Virus record (IMG/VR): IMGVR_UViG_3300044477_000154
Span: 1 to 44,352 of that record
Length of the DNA stretch: 44,352 nt
Reading direction: 5' to 3' (one strand)
Source: a virus
Taxonomy: Duplodnaviria > Caudoviricetes
Shown: piece by piece, positions 1 to 8,508 of the stretch
Layout: each line of letters starts with the position of its first letter
How positions within the stretch are numbered: the stretch's first letter is position 1
Made by a program: the position numbers and the translations under genes
The notes under the pieces: model-generated
The model's database searches: none
What the model saw: the letters and a program-made list of their open reading frames with translations, nothing else
What the model was told of the DNA's origin: nothing

Positions 1-149
1 GAACAGGTTGTAGGATATCCGCCGAAAGGTAATATTTCAGTTACGAACAAAAAGAATCAAATACACAGCATGCAAGCAGGCGGAGCAAGCACACCGAAAG
101 CACAGCCACAGCCACAGCCACAGCCACAGCCAATTCCAGCACCAGCACC
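1..149. repeat. Terminal direct repeat, left copy (assembly overlap of a circular or circularly permuted genome)
   Basis: Matches 44210-44352 except for 5 versus 4 copies of CACAGC. Confidence 0.97.
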
Positions 150-1785
150 AGCACCAGCACCCAAAGCGCCAAAGGAAAAGAAGCCGAATCCAAAATTAAT
201 TGCAAGTGACAAGCTTGACGAGATACAGCAAAATGACCCGTATTTGTTTGAGCAAATGCTGGAGGATTTGTTATTGCAACAGGTCAATAGCGGGAAGCTG
301 ACATTAAATTACAAAGGGACCAATGGCTATATGTTGAAACAAGAAGCGCTTGCTGGAGATTATAGTCCATTCGCCAAAATGAAGTTGTTTGAAAAGCTTC
401 AGCAAGTAGAGCCATACAAAGGAAAGCTTCACCTGCCAAAAAAGCTCACAGTAAATGAGCAGTATGCACAGAAGTTTGAAACGTTTAAGAGCGATTTACA
501 GAATAACACTTCCATGACAGCGGCAGAAGCCACAGCGCAATTGAAGCAACACGAAGCGGACGCAAACAATCCAGACTTGAATTATCACGAGCAATGGTTG
601 GCAAAGAAAAAATATAAGCTTGTTCAGAAAAAGGACATGGAGCTTCTGAAAGACAAAGTTGAGGGAGACCTGTCAAAAGTCGAGTTTGAAATAAGCTGGA
701 TAAACGACCATACAGGCCTCATATCTACGTTTTCTGAGCAGGCGCAAAAACATGTTAATAATAAAAAAGTTATGCTGGAAAGCATTAAGAAAGACATGGA
801 GAAGCAAGCGAAAATCAATGCAAAGCTTGCGGCGAAGCCTGCCAAAGCAAAGTTGACGAAAGCTTACAAACTGGGCCCACTTACAGAACAAGAGCGCGAT
901 GAGTATGCCATAGATATATCGTCAAGCATTGTGAGCAGGTATGACAAAGCAGGGTTTGAGCTGGACAAAAAGCTCACGTTAAAAGCCATAAAAGATGTTG
1001 AAAAGCTCACAGGAAAGAAGCTTTTAACAACAGCAAAGCTGAATTCAGAGATTGCAGACGCAGAATCAAAATTCACACCTGGCAATTATGGAAGCGAGCC
1101 TTTGACCGCTTTACACAGACAGCTGAGAGAAAAAATTGAGGACGCAACGACATTCAAAAATGGCAATCTTGGCGAAAAATCAGCATATGCCCTGTATGAT
1201 TACACAGTGGGAAGCGGAGCTTATAATCAAACAATCCGCAACAACAATCGTCATCAAACTGCGAGCGGGTCAGGGCACAATTCTGCAGGCATTGGAGTTT
1301 CAGACAATGAATATGACTATGGCAACGAAATGATTGGTCATTTGCGGCGCTTGTTTAATGAAGCGGAGCCGGTGCAAGAGCCATTTGTGGTGAAACGTTC
1401 TGTCGGCAAAAGCGCATTGAAATCATATTTTGGTTTCGATGACAGCGCAGGGTCAAGCGAGATGAGGGCGTTTGCGAAGACAGCGAACGAAGCAAAAGGA
1501 CAGGCAATTTTTGAAGAGCCTGCATTTTCAAGTTGTTGCACGTTTTCATCGGGGAGCTGGAGCGGCGACATTGGCATGATTATAAAAGTTAATCCGGGCG
1601 CAAAAGCAATTTATGCACAGCCGTTCTCAAACTATCAAGGCGGAAGTGAGGTTGAAACAATTTTGGACGCAGGCACAAAGTTTCGAATCATAAAGGTTGT
1701 GCAGTATGGTGATTCTGATTATAATGATTTTTCTTCAAAGGCAGGTTTGGGCGCCAACACAATTATGGTTTGCGAAACGGTTTAA
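1..1785 (+). CDS. C-terminal part of MuF/minor capsid protein carrying a VIP2/C2-like ADP-ribosyltransferase domain; continues in frame from 43031
   Basis: Frame 1 is open from base 1 and joins 43031-44209. ART-like motifs: YDYT...YNQTIR, VVKRSV (R), EPAFSSCC (STS position), KAIYAQPFSNYQGGSEVETIL (ExE). Confidence 0.85.
   Translation, partial: EQVVGYPPKGNISVTNKKNQIHSMQAGGASTPKAQPQPQPQPQPIPAPAPAPAPKAPKEKKPNPKLIASDKLDEIQQNDPYLFEQMLEDLLLQQVNSGKLTLNYKGTNGYMLKQEALAGDYSPFAKMKLFEKLQQVEPYKGKLHLPKKLTVNEQYAQKFETFKSDLQNNTSMTAAEATAQLKQHEADANNPDLNYHEQWLAKKKYKLVQKKDMELLKDKVEGDLSKVEFEISWINDHTGLISTFSEQAQKHVNNKKVMLESIKKDMEKQAKINAKLAAKPAKAKLTKAYKLGPLTEQERDEYAIDISSSIVSRYDKAGFELDKKLTLKAIKDVEKLTGKKLLTTAKLNSEIADAESKFTPGNYGSEPLTALHRQLREKIEDATTFKNGNLGEKSAYALYDYTVGSGAYNQTIRNNNRHQTASGSGHNSAGIGVSDNEYDYGNEMIGHLRRLFNEAEPVQEPFVVKRSVGKSALKSYFGFDDSAGSSEMRAFAKTANEAKGQAIFEEPAFSSCCTFSSGSWSGDIGMIIKVNPGAKAIYAQPFSNYQGGSEVETILDAGTKFRIIKVVQYGDSDYNDFSSKAGLGANTIMVCETV
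101..161 (+). repeat. Hexamer microsatellites (CACAGC)5 and (CCAGCA)4 encoding a QP/AP linker
   Basis: Directly visible; encodes QPQPQPQPQPIPAPAPAPAP. Confidence 0.95.
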
Positions 1786-1794
1786 AAATAATTG

Positions 1795-1823
1795 TTTACA
1801 TTTGATGAGAATCGTGTTAGAAT
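1795..1823 (+). promoter_or_regulatory. sigmaA-like promoter P1 (TTTACA-17-TAGAAT, extended TG)
   Basis: Same architecture recurs at seven sites. Confidence 0.75.
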
Positions 1824-1861
1824 GACTTTGCGGAAGCTATACGCAGAGAGGAGTGATTACA

Positions 1862-2101
1862 ATGGCAGGCAAAGACAACACAAAGGGACACAGCAATTTG
1901 AGCCCTGAGGGCATTGCGGCGGACCCGGCGGAATTTAAGCCAATATTGAACAGCCGGCTTGATTGTCGCGATTGCATTTACGTCGAGCCCGAGGATTATA
2001 ACGTCATTGGTTGTGACGTTTACGAGCAGAAGCCGGACAACGTTCTAAATGGCGGGAAATGCACGGAAAAAGAGCGCCTTGTTCAAACAAGGATGGACTA
2101 A
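1862..2101 (+). CDS. Small Cys-rich protein (CxxC...C...C), candidate immunity protein for the MuF-ART
   Basis: GAGGAG RBS; own promoter; directly downstream of the toxin domain; role inferred from position. Confidence 0.6.
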   Translation: MAGKDNTKGHSNLSPEGIAADPAEFKPILNSRLDCRDCIYVEPEDYNVIGCDVYEQKPDNVLNGGKCTEKERLVQTRMD

Positions 2102-2211
2102 CACGCCAAAACGAACAAGCGCCCAAAGCGCCTCTGAAGCAATCCTGAAACATGCATAAAATGAGCAATTTTAGGCGTCAGAAAAAAAGTAAAAATATTT
2201 TTAAAAAAGTG

Positions 2212-2240
2212 TTTACAAATGCGTGAAAATGTGTTATAGT
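2212..2240 (+). promoter_or_regulatory. sigmaA-like promoter P2 (TTTACA-17-TATAGT) with A-tract upstream
   Basis: Consensus match. Confidence 0.8.
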
Positions 2241-2294
2241 ATATACATCAGCAAACGTTGCTGAAATATGAAACAGTTTTTGGAGGAAAAAACA

Positions 2295-2570
2295 ATGGAA
2301 ACATACGGGATGAAAATGCAACGGGAAAGATTCGAAAGCCTTATGATTATGTTTGGCGATGTCAAAAAGCTCATGTGGGATATCAAAAATCAATCCTATC
2401 AAATCACGACAGCAGACGGAAAAACGTTCCTGATTGCGAATCCCAGCAGAATGCCCGATGGTTGGTTTCTTTATGACGGTTGCGAGCTTGTTACAGGCGA
2501 CAGATTGCTGAACGACATTGCAAACGTTTTCACGACAGCGTTTCAGAACAACGAACCTGTGAAGCCGTAA
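2295..2570 (+). CDS. Hypothetical protein in a moron-like unit with its own promoter and terminator
   Basis: GGAGG RBS before ATG 2295. Confidence 0.7.
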   Translation: METYGMKMQRERFESLMIMFGDVKKLMWDIKNQSYQITTADGKTFLIANPSRMPDGWFLYDGCELVTGDRLLNDIANVFTTAFQNNEPVKP

Positions 2571-2589
2571 AAGCGAATAACATAGTCTT

Positions 2590-2624
2590 AAGAATGAGGG
2601 TGCCGAAAGGCGCTCTCGTTTTTA
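2590..2624 (+). terminator. Rho-independent terminator
   Basis: GAGGGTGCC-GAAA-GGCGCTCTC hairpin followed by a T-tract. Confidence 0.75.
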
Positions 2625-2712
2625 TGTATAACAGTTTGACGGCGACGTCAGGTAAACATTTGTGAAAGGCGCTTGTGCCGTAAAAACATGAGAAAATCGG
2701 AGGAAAAAGTCA

Positions 2713-3363
2713 ATGAAAAAAAGGTTCTTTGTCGGTGTGCAACATTTCGCGGACATAGACGCAGTTGTGACAGAGCATGCAACGGAATTCGGTGAGGGAG
2801 ACAGCACCGCAGAAACGTTTAAAGGCTTGTCTGAGCGCCTTGGAAAGCTTGGTTATGATGTAATAATCAACAACAAAGCGGCGGCGGAATTTGTGCCATC
2901 CAGCAGGCTCTCGGAAGTTGTGGCGCAACGGGAGCAGTTCAAGACAGCCGCAGAGACGGCAAACAAGTTGATTGAGGGCTTGCAAAAAGGCGGAACGCTG
3001 GACGCAGATTCCCAAGCAAAGCTGGACAAGCTTGTGGCGGACAATCTTCAGCTTGTGGCACAGCTTGCAGAATCAAATCTGAATGCGGATATCATCAGTT
3101 TGGCAAAGGACGCCATTGACCCGAAAGACGTTCTTCAGTTTGTGAATCGTTCCGCAATAAAAGCGGACAAAGACGGGAAAGTTATTTCCGGCGCAGAAGA
3201 GGAAGTTGAACGGATACGCTCTGAAAAGCCGTACCTTTGGCCCGCTTCAAGCGATGGCAAAAAGGGCGGAAAAGGAGGGTCGGACCCGAACGGCGCAGGC
3301 AACAAAGGCGGCGGGGCTCCGGACATGAATTCAGCCATAAGAAGTATGGCAGGCAAGTTATAA
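2713..3363 (+). CDS. Capsid scaffolding protein (GP20-like) with N-terminal Prp-type motif
   Basis: Position before the major capsid gene; coiled-coil; EKPYLW plus Gly-rich tail; N-terminus VGVQHF-AD. Confidence 0.8.
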   Translation: MKKRFFVGVQHFADIDAVVTEHATEFGEGDSTAETFKGLSERLGKLGYDVIINNKAAAEFVPSSRLSEVVAQREQFKTAAETANKLIEGLQKGGTLDADSQAKLDKLVADNLQLVAQLAESNLNADIISLAKDAIDPKDVLQFVNRSAIKADKDGKVISGAEEEVERIRSEKPYLWPASSDGKKGGKGGSDPNGAGNKGGGAPDMNSAIRSMAGKL

Positions 3364-3389
3364 AATAATTTTTGGAGGTTGTTAATTTA

Positions 3390-4370
3390 ATGAAAAAAAT
3401 CATATTTATTGGCACACAGTTCTTCGGTTATACCGATAAAATCGATCGCACCGGCGCTGAAGCGCTGATTCCGGAAGAAGCCGCAAAAGAAATAATTCAG
3501 GGCGTCCCCCAGAATTCTTTCATTATGCAGTTGGCGACACGGGCGCCGGATATGTCACGCAAACAGAAGCGCATTCGCGTTCTCAGCACATTGCCGACAG
3601 CGTATTTTGTTGACGGCGACACGGGCCTCAAACAGACCAGCAAGCAGGCGTGGGGCAACAAATACTTCGACGCTGAAGAGCTTGCCGTTATCGTTCCCAT
3701 TCCGGAAGCAGTCCTCGATGACGCCGAATATGACATCTGGGGCGAAGTAAAGCCCAGAATCATGGAAGCGTTCGGCATTGCTTTTGACGCCGCTGTGGCG
3801 TTTGGCGTGAATGCTCCCGACGTGTGGCCGGATGACCTTTTCACCGCCGCAACAGCCGCAAATTCGATCGTCACCCTTGGCACCGGCGTAGACCTTTACG
3901 ATGACCTGCTCGGCGAAGACGGCACCGTTTCTATGGTTGAAAACGACGGTTTCCTTGTCAACGGACATCTTTCTGCGGTCAGCATGCGGGCAAAGTTCCG
4001 TGGCCTGAGAGGCGCTGATGGTCAGCCGCTTTTCAAGAACAATATGCAGGATTCCACGAAGTATGACCTCGATGGCGCTCCCTGCGTTTTCCCGCTGAAC
4101 GGCGCATTTGACCCGACAAAAGCCCTGATGATTTCCGGCGACTTCAAACAAATTGCTTACTGCATGCGCCAGGACGTGACGTACAAAATACTCACGGAAG
4201 CGGTCATTCAGGACAGCACCGGCGCGATAATCTACAACCTTGCCCAGCAAGACATGGTTGCTCTGAGAGCGGTCATGCGTGTGGCGTGGCAGGTTCCCAA
4301 TCCGTTGACAGCGTTCAACAAAGACCTGGTGAATCCGTATCCTTTCTCAATTCTCGCTCCGAGCCTGTAA
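3390..4370 (+). CDS. Major capsid protein (HK97 fold)
   Basis: ALIPEE...IIQGV, AYFVDG, EELAVIVPIPEAVLDD, NLAQQDMVALRAVMR; GGAGG RBS. Confidence 0.92.
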   Translation: MKKIIFIGTQFFGYTDKIDRTGAEALIPEEAAKEIIQGVPQNSFIMQLATRAPDMSRKQKRIRVLSTLPTAYFVDGDTGLKQTSKQAWGNKYFDAEELAVIVPIPEAVLDDAEYDIWGEVKPRIMEAFGIAFDAAVAFGVNAPDVWPDDLFTAATAANSIVTLGTGVDLYDDLLGEDGTVSMVENDGFLVNGHLSAVSMRAKFRGLRGADGQPLFKNNMQDSTKYDLDGAPCVFPLNGAFDPTKALMISGDFKQIAYCMRQDVTYKILTEAVIQDSTGAIIYNLAQQDMVALRAVMRVAWQVPNPLTAFNKDLVNPYPFSILAPSL

Positions 4371-4401
4371 ACAAATAATTTAATTTTTGGAGGTCAATAA
4401 T

Positions 4402-5025
4402 ATGGGCGGTTGGTATCCCGAAAATCCTGGTTTGGGACAGGTTTTGCAAACTCATGTCACAGGTTTTACAGTTGATAAAGGTTTTCTTGCTCACATCTCG
4501 ATTCCCGCGGCTGATGCAGTTGCCGCAGACGCAGACGGAATTCTTGCTTCTTTTGCCACTTCTGCAACAGTTGCGACGGTTAAGACGTCCGGATTCACAC
4601 AGCCTGCAATTCCCCGCAATGTGACGATTGAAGCGCTTGCCACGGGCACAGCGGCAGACGTGAAAGCGGTTGCGCCTATCGTCGAGGGTCACGATATGGA
4701 GGGCAATGTGATAACGGAAACGCTCCCGGCGTTCACTGTGAATGTTCAAGGCACAGTTGCCGGAACGAAAGCGTTCGCGGATATCACAAAGGTCACAATA
4801 CCGGCAATGGATGGGGCGGATGTTCCATGCGCAGTTGGTTTTGGTGATGTTCTTGGGTTGCCGTATAAGCTCCCGACGAATACAGTTTTGTTCGCCGCTC
4901 TGGGCGGTGCCCGTGAGGGTACAGCGCCGACAGTTGCGACAAGTGCAACAGTTTTGAGCGCAAACACAATTGACCTGCATTCCGCTCTGAACGGCTCTCA
5001 GGTTGATATTTATTTGGTTGCTTGA
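4402..5025 (+). CDS. Putative capsid decoration/structural protein
   Basis: Ala/Thr/Val-rich beta-type sequence directly after the capsid gene, strong RBS. Confidence 0.55.
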   Translation: MGGWYPENPGLGQVLQTHVTGFTVDKGFLAHISIPAADAVAADADGILASFATSATVATVKTSGFTQPAIPRNVTIEALATGTAADVKAVAPIVEGHDMEGNVITETLPAFTVNVQGTVAGTKAFADITKVTIPAMDGADVPCAVGFGDVLGLPYKLPTNTVLFAALGGAREGTAPTVATSATVLSANTIDLHSALNGSQVDIYLVA

Positions 5026-5060
5026 TTAAGCAATAAAATTCTTGGAAGGGAGGTTAAAAA

Positions 5061-5411
5061 ATGCTTGTAAAATTTCTTGTAAATACGGCGTACAAGGGCG
5101 AGCGCAAAGTTGGCGACACGATTGATGTTGATTCAGCCACAGCCCAAAGGTGGCTAAGAAACAAGATTGCAGAATCAGCCGAGCTGGAAGTTGCGGAAGT
5201 TCCGCAGGAAGCGCCCGAATCTGCGTTGTCAAGTCTGACCGCAAAACAGCTCTACAAGATGTGCATGGATAAGGGTATCGAGACGAAGCCAAAACTCGCA
5301 AAGGATGTTTATATTGCTTTGCTCGTTGAAGCGCCGGAAGAGGCTTCTGAGGCAACGGACGACGACGCTGATGAGGGTACCGACGTCGAAGAGGAAAGCG
5401 GTGATGAATAA
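5061..5411 (+). CDS. Head-associated hypothetical protein with HEH/SAP-like module and acidic tail
   Basis: TAKQLYKMCMDKGI...YIALL module; position in the head operon. Confidence 0.6.
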   Translation: MLVKFLVNTAYKGERKVGDTIDVDSATAQRWLRNKIAESAELEVAEVPQEAPESALSSLTAKQLYKMCMDKGIETKPKLAKDVYIALLVEAPEEASEATDDDADEGTDVEEESGDE

Positions 5412-5842
5412 TGTTCAAAGGCACAGTTTTTGACATTGATTTTGAAGCAGACCTGAGGAAAGTTTTCGCGGAGGATGGCTATTTGCAGGACGCCACGAAC
5501 GTGCGAAATGCGAACAAGCTTCTACAATATGCGGAATCAATAATCTGGCATGCAGTACGAAAAACGTTCTCTTCAACAAGCGCTTTGCATATTGCAAGCG
5601 TGAAAAAAGCGGTTGTGGCGCAGGTTGCTTTTTGGTACGAAAATGATGTTTCGCCGGAAAGCGATGCGGGAATTTCCAGTTATTCGCTCGGCGACCTCTC
5701 AGTTACGAGAGAATCTTCCAATGGCAACCCCGCCACGACGCTTTGCAAGTTCGCAAAAATGTTCCTTAATGAGGAACATCTTATCTACCGAGGATTGGGA
5801 GGAAATTGCAATGGCCAGCAAATTGGTGGAGAAATTATCTAA
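5411..5842 (+). CDS. Head-tail connector/adaptor protein
   Basis: VKKAVVAQV...ISSYSLGDLSVT...LIYRG pattern; synteny. Confidence 0.75.
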   Translation: MFKGTVFDIDFEADLRKVFAEDGYLQDATNVRNANKLLQYAESIIWHAVRKTFSSTSALHIASVKKAVVAQVAFWYENDVSPESDAGISSYSLGDLSVTRESSNGNPATTLCKFAKMFLNEEHLIYRGLGGNCNGQQIGGEII

Positions 5843-6143
5843 AGATGAATTCTCTTATGTTTTATGCAACGGGCATGACACGAACGGAAACGGAATAGAG
5901 GTTGCACGTGACAAGCCAAAATGTAAATGCAGATTTGAGCAAAAGTCGAAAATCATAACGATGGAAGACGGCTCAAAAAAGCGCAGTTATGGCAGAATCT
6001 TCACCGTGTGCAGAGCGTTCGCGGACACAGTTTTTGACAGCGGAACAATAGAAGTGAATCGTTGTATCTATGCCATTGCAACATGCACCATCAGCAAGGA
6101 CAGACGCAACGAATTTGACTTCGCAACAGTGGAGTTGATTTGA
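5811..6143 (+). CDS. Head closure protein
   Basis: GGGAGG RBS; synteny; beta-rich sequence. Confidence 0.6.
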   Translation: MASKLVEKLSKDEFSYVLCNGHDTNGNGIEVARDKPKCKCRFEQKSKIITMEDGSKKRSYGRIFTVCRAFADTVFDSGTIEVNRCIYAIATCTISKDRRNEFDFATVELI

Positions 6144-6526
6144 TGAGCGGGTTTTCTTTCAAGCCTTATCCGGACAAAGTTGAAAAGCTTCTAAATTCCA
6201 CGACGATGGCAATCCGTGCGACAGCGGACAAACTGCTGGCAGAAAAGATTGATGACCAGCAAATTCCGATGGCGGAGGGAACGTTGCAAAATGTTTACAC
6301 GGATGTTGACGAAAAAGCAGTGAGCAAAGGCGAAATTTCTATCGTCAGCTCCGGACCCTATGCGGCCTTTCTGTATTACAATCCGCAGTTTAATTTCAAT
6401 CAGGAGTTTAACACCAATGCAAAAGGCGAATGGTGGGAAGACATTCTGACGGGCAAAAAGCAGAACAGGCCGCAGGAGATTTTCGCATACTTTATGAAAA
6501 AATATTCAGGCGGTACAATATCATGA
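6143..6526 (+). CDS. Neck / tail completion protein (HK97 gp10-like)
   Basis: IPMAEGTLQN...GPYAAFLYYNP...AKGEWWE pattern. Confidence 0.75.
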   Translation: MSGFSFKPYPDKVEKLLNSTTMAIRATADKLLAEKIDDQQIPMAEGTLQNVYTDVDEKAVSKGEISIVSSGPYAAFLYYNPQFNFNQEFNTNAKGEWWEDILTGKKQNRPQEIFAYFMKKYSGGTIS

Positions 6527-6939
6527 TAATGACAACGTTATCAGTTGCGAGTTGGCTGAAAAAAGCCGACCTGCAGGACGCAAATATAATCCAAAACGGA
6601 TTCATGGATAGAACAGTTGAGAAATGTATTTCTGTATCAATGGGACCCGACACGCGAGCGGGTTCAGTTGTTTGTTTGGGCGGAGCGGATTGCAGTGACG
6701 TTTCTGTCTTACCGGTAAATGTCACTATACGCTGGACGCAGGATACGGAAAAATGTCAGCAAAAAGCGAATTCGGTTTACGAGATTATTGCTTTGCAAGG
6801 GAACAATTTTGTTTTAAGCCCGACAGCTCACAGGATAGCATTTTTCAGACTTCTTGACGGATGTCCGATTGGCCCTTTGCGTGATGACCGCAATGTCTGC
6901 GAATCAATAATTCGGTTTGATGTACATTATTATAATTAA
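6523..6939 (+). CDS. Tail terminator protein
   Basis: Synteny before the tail tube gene; ATGA overlap with the previous gene. Confidence 0.65.
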   Translation: MIMTTLSVASWLKKADLQDANIIQNGFMDRTVEKCISVSMGPDTRAGSVVCLGGADCSDVSVLPVNVTIRWTQDTEKCQQKANSVYEIIALQGNNFVLSPTAHRIAFFRLLDGCPIGPLRDDRNVCESIIRFDVHYYN

Positions 6940-6955
6940 AAAAAGGAGGCATTCT

Positions 6956-7744
6956 ATGAAGCGCAAAATAGGCTCGGTTTTGGGCCTGCTTATCGCAATG
7001 CAGTTTTTCACGGGTAAAGTTTATCCCGTACACAGTAACAAGTTTTATATCGGCGTTGAGGGGCTGAATAGCACGGATGGCGATATGGTTATCATTCGCG
7101 GTTTGGAAAACTTTGCACCCGCCATTGATTCCAAAGTTGAGACTTGGGAGGACATGACGGAGGAGGGCTGGGCAAGCGCTCTCGCAACAGGCAAGTCAAT
7201 CACAGTTGGCTTCTCCGGAAAGAGACAATACGGCGACCCCGGCAACGATTTCGTCGGCGAGACAATGCTGGCGACAGGCGACTTGGCGGAATCCAAATTC
7301 ATTTGGGAATTGCCGTCCGGTTCCGTACTCAAATTTGATTGCGTCATCACAGTTTCAAAGCCGGGTGGCGGCGATACAACGGGCGCAGATTCTTTTGAGT
7401 TTGAAGTCAAGTCAAACAAAAAGCCCACGTTTATTCCGGTATCCGGAAAGCTCATCACAATTTCTGCACAGCCGCAGAATGCCGCAGTTGTCGTAGGTTC
7501 CGTTTCTGGCGCTCTGAGCGTCACAGGAGCCATCGAGCCGAGCGGAAGCATTGTCTATCAGTGGTTTACAGCCGGCGCCGCAGATGGCTCCGGAGAAGCC
7601 GTGATTGCAGGCGCAAACAGTTCGAGCTATACGATTCCGACGGACATGGACGCAGGCGCTCATTATTTCTTCTGCAGACTTGCGGCGACAGGCGCAGATA
7701 CTGTCACGACAAGGGTTGCAACGGTGACAGCTTCGGCGTCGTAA
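6956..7744 (+). CDS. Major tail tube protein with C-terminal Ig-like domain and N-terminal Prp-type motif
   Basis: GWASALATGKSITVGFSGKRQYGDPGND; Ig-like ITISAQPQN...YQWF...IAGANSSSYTIP...YFFC; N-terminus IAMQFF-TG. Confidence 0.85.
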   Translation: MKRKIGSVLGLLIAMQFFTGKVYPVHSNKFYIGVEGLNSTDGDMVIIRGLENFAPAIDSKVETWEDMTEEGWASALATGKSITVGFSGKRQYGDPGNDFVGETMLATGDLAESKFIWELPSGSVLKFDCVITVSKPGGGDTTGADSFEFEVKSNKKPTFIPVSGKLITISAQPQNAAVVVGSVSGALSVTGAIEPSGSIVYQWFTAGAADGSGEAVIAGANSSSYTIPTDMDAGAHYFFCRLAATGADTVTTRVATVTASAS

Positions 7745-7767
7745 ACGAAAACAAAATACATTATAAA

Positions 7768-7805
7768 CAGTCCGCCTGGCGCATTTGTTAGGCGGACTGA
7801 TTTTT
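7768..7805 (+). terminator. Rho-independent terminator after the tail tube gene
   Basis: CAGTCCGCCTGGC / GTTAGGCGGACTG stem followed by ATTTTT. Confidence 0.8.
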
Positions 7806-7826
7806 AGAAAGACAGGTATATTTAAC

Positions 7827-8159
7827 ATGGCAAAAATTATCAATTTAAACAGCTTTTTGGGAGAAAAAACGGCCATAGAGTTGCAGGGCGAAACGTACGA
7901 AATTGACGACAGTTTTCCGGCAGTTCTGAAAATCGATGCAATGTTCAAGGATGATTCTGTCTCTTCGCTGGAAGCGTTTGAGCCGTTTTTCAAGATTGCG
8001 TTTGGCGACAAAAAAGGCGCCGCATTTATGAAAAAGGGTTACAGCATGCGGATATACAAAAAGGCGATGGACGTCGTTCAGACAGCGCTCACGGGCTCAA
8101 TGGATGACGATGAAGCGGAAGCGCCTACAGACGAGGAACGTCACACGGAAAAGCAGTAG
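7827..8159 (+). CDS. Tail assembly chaperone (gpG-like)
   Basis: Position between tail tube and tape measure genes. Confidence 0.7.
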   Translation: MAKIINLNSFLGEKTAIELQGETYEIDDSFPAVLKIDAMFKDDSVSSLEAFEPFFKIAFGDKKGAAFMKKGYSMRIYKKAMDVVQTALTGSMDDDEAEAPTDEERHTEKQ

Positions 8160-8491
8160 AACAATGGTATGATTTCTATGACGATTTCAGTTTGATTGAG
8201 GCGAGTATTTCCCAGCAATACGGAATTCGTTTTCGCAAGGAAATGAGCGACATGACGTGGGACGAAGTTCGTGTTATGATTTCAGGGTTATTACCGGAGA
8301 CGCCGCTGGGCAGGATAATTTCCATTCGCTCCGAGGAAAATGCGGACATGTTAAAAGCATATAATTCGGACATGTTAAAAATCCGCTCAGATTACAGGAA
8401 CAAACAAGCGAGTAAAATGCTTGAAAATACCGAACAGTTAGACAATGAGTTTGACGCCTGGGAAAAGGTGCTGGGAAAGCTTTTCTCGTAG
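8150..8491 (+). CDS. Tail assembly chaperone extension (A118 Gp15-like / gpT-like), probably made by -1 frameshift
   Basis: WYDFYDDFSLIEASISQQYGIR...ETPLGRIISIRSE; no good RBS or start; -1 frame open from G GAA AAG at 8147-8153. Confidence 0.7.
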   Translation, partial: KAVEQWYDFYDDFSLIEASISQQYGIRFRKEMSDMTWDEVRVMISGLLPETPLGRIISIRSEENADMLKAYNSDMLKIRSDYRNKQASKMLENTEQLDNEFDAWEKVLGKLFS

Positions 8492-8508
8492 GTATCGGGA
8501 GGTGAAAA

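Noticed and set aside
70-1785. Stand-alone 571-aa gene starting at ATG 70
   Set aside because: No RBS; the frame is open upstream and continues from the MuF gene at 43031
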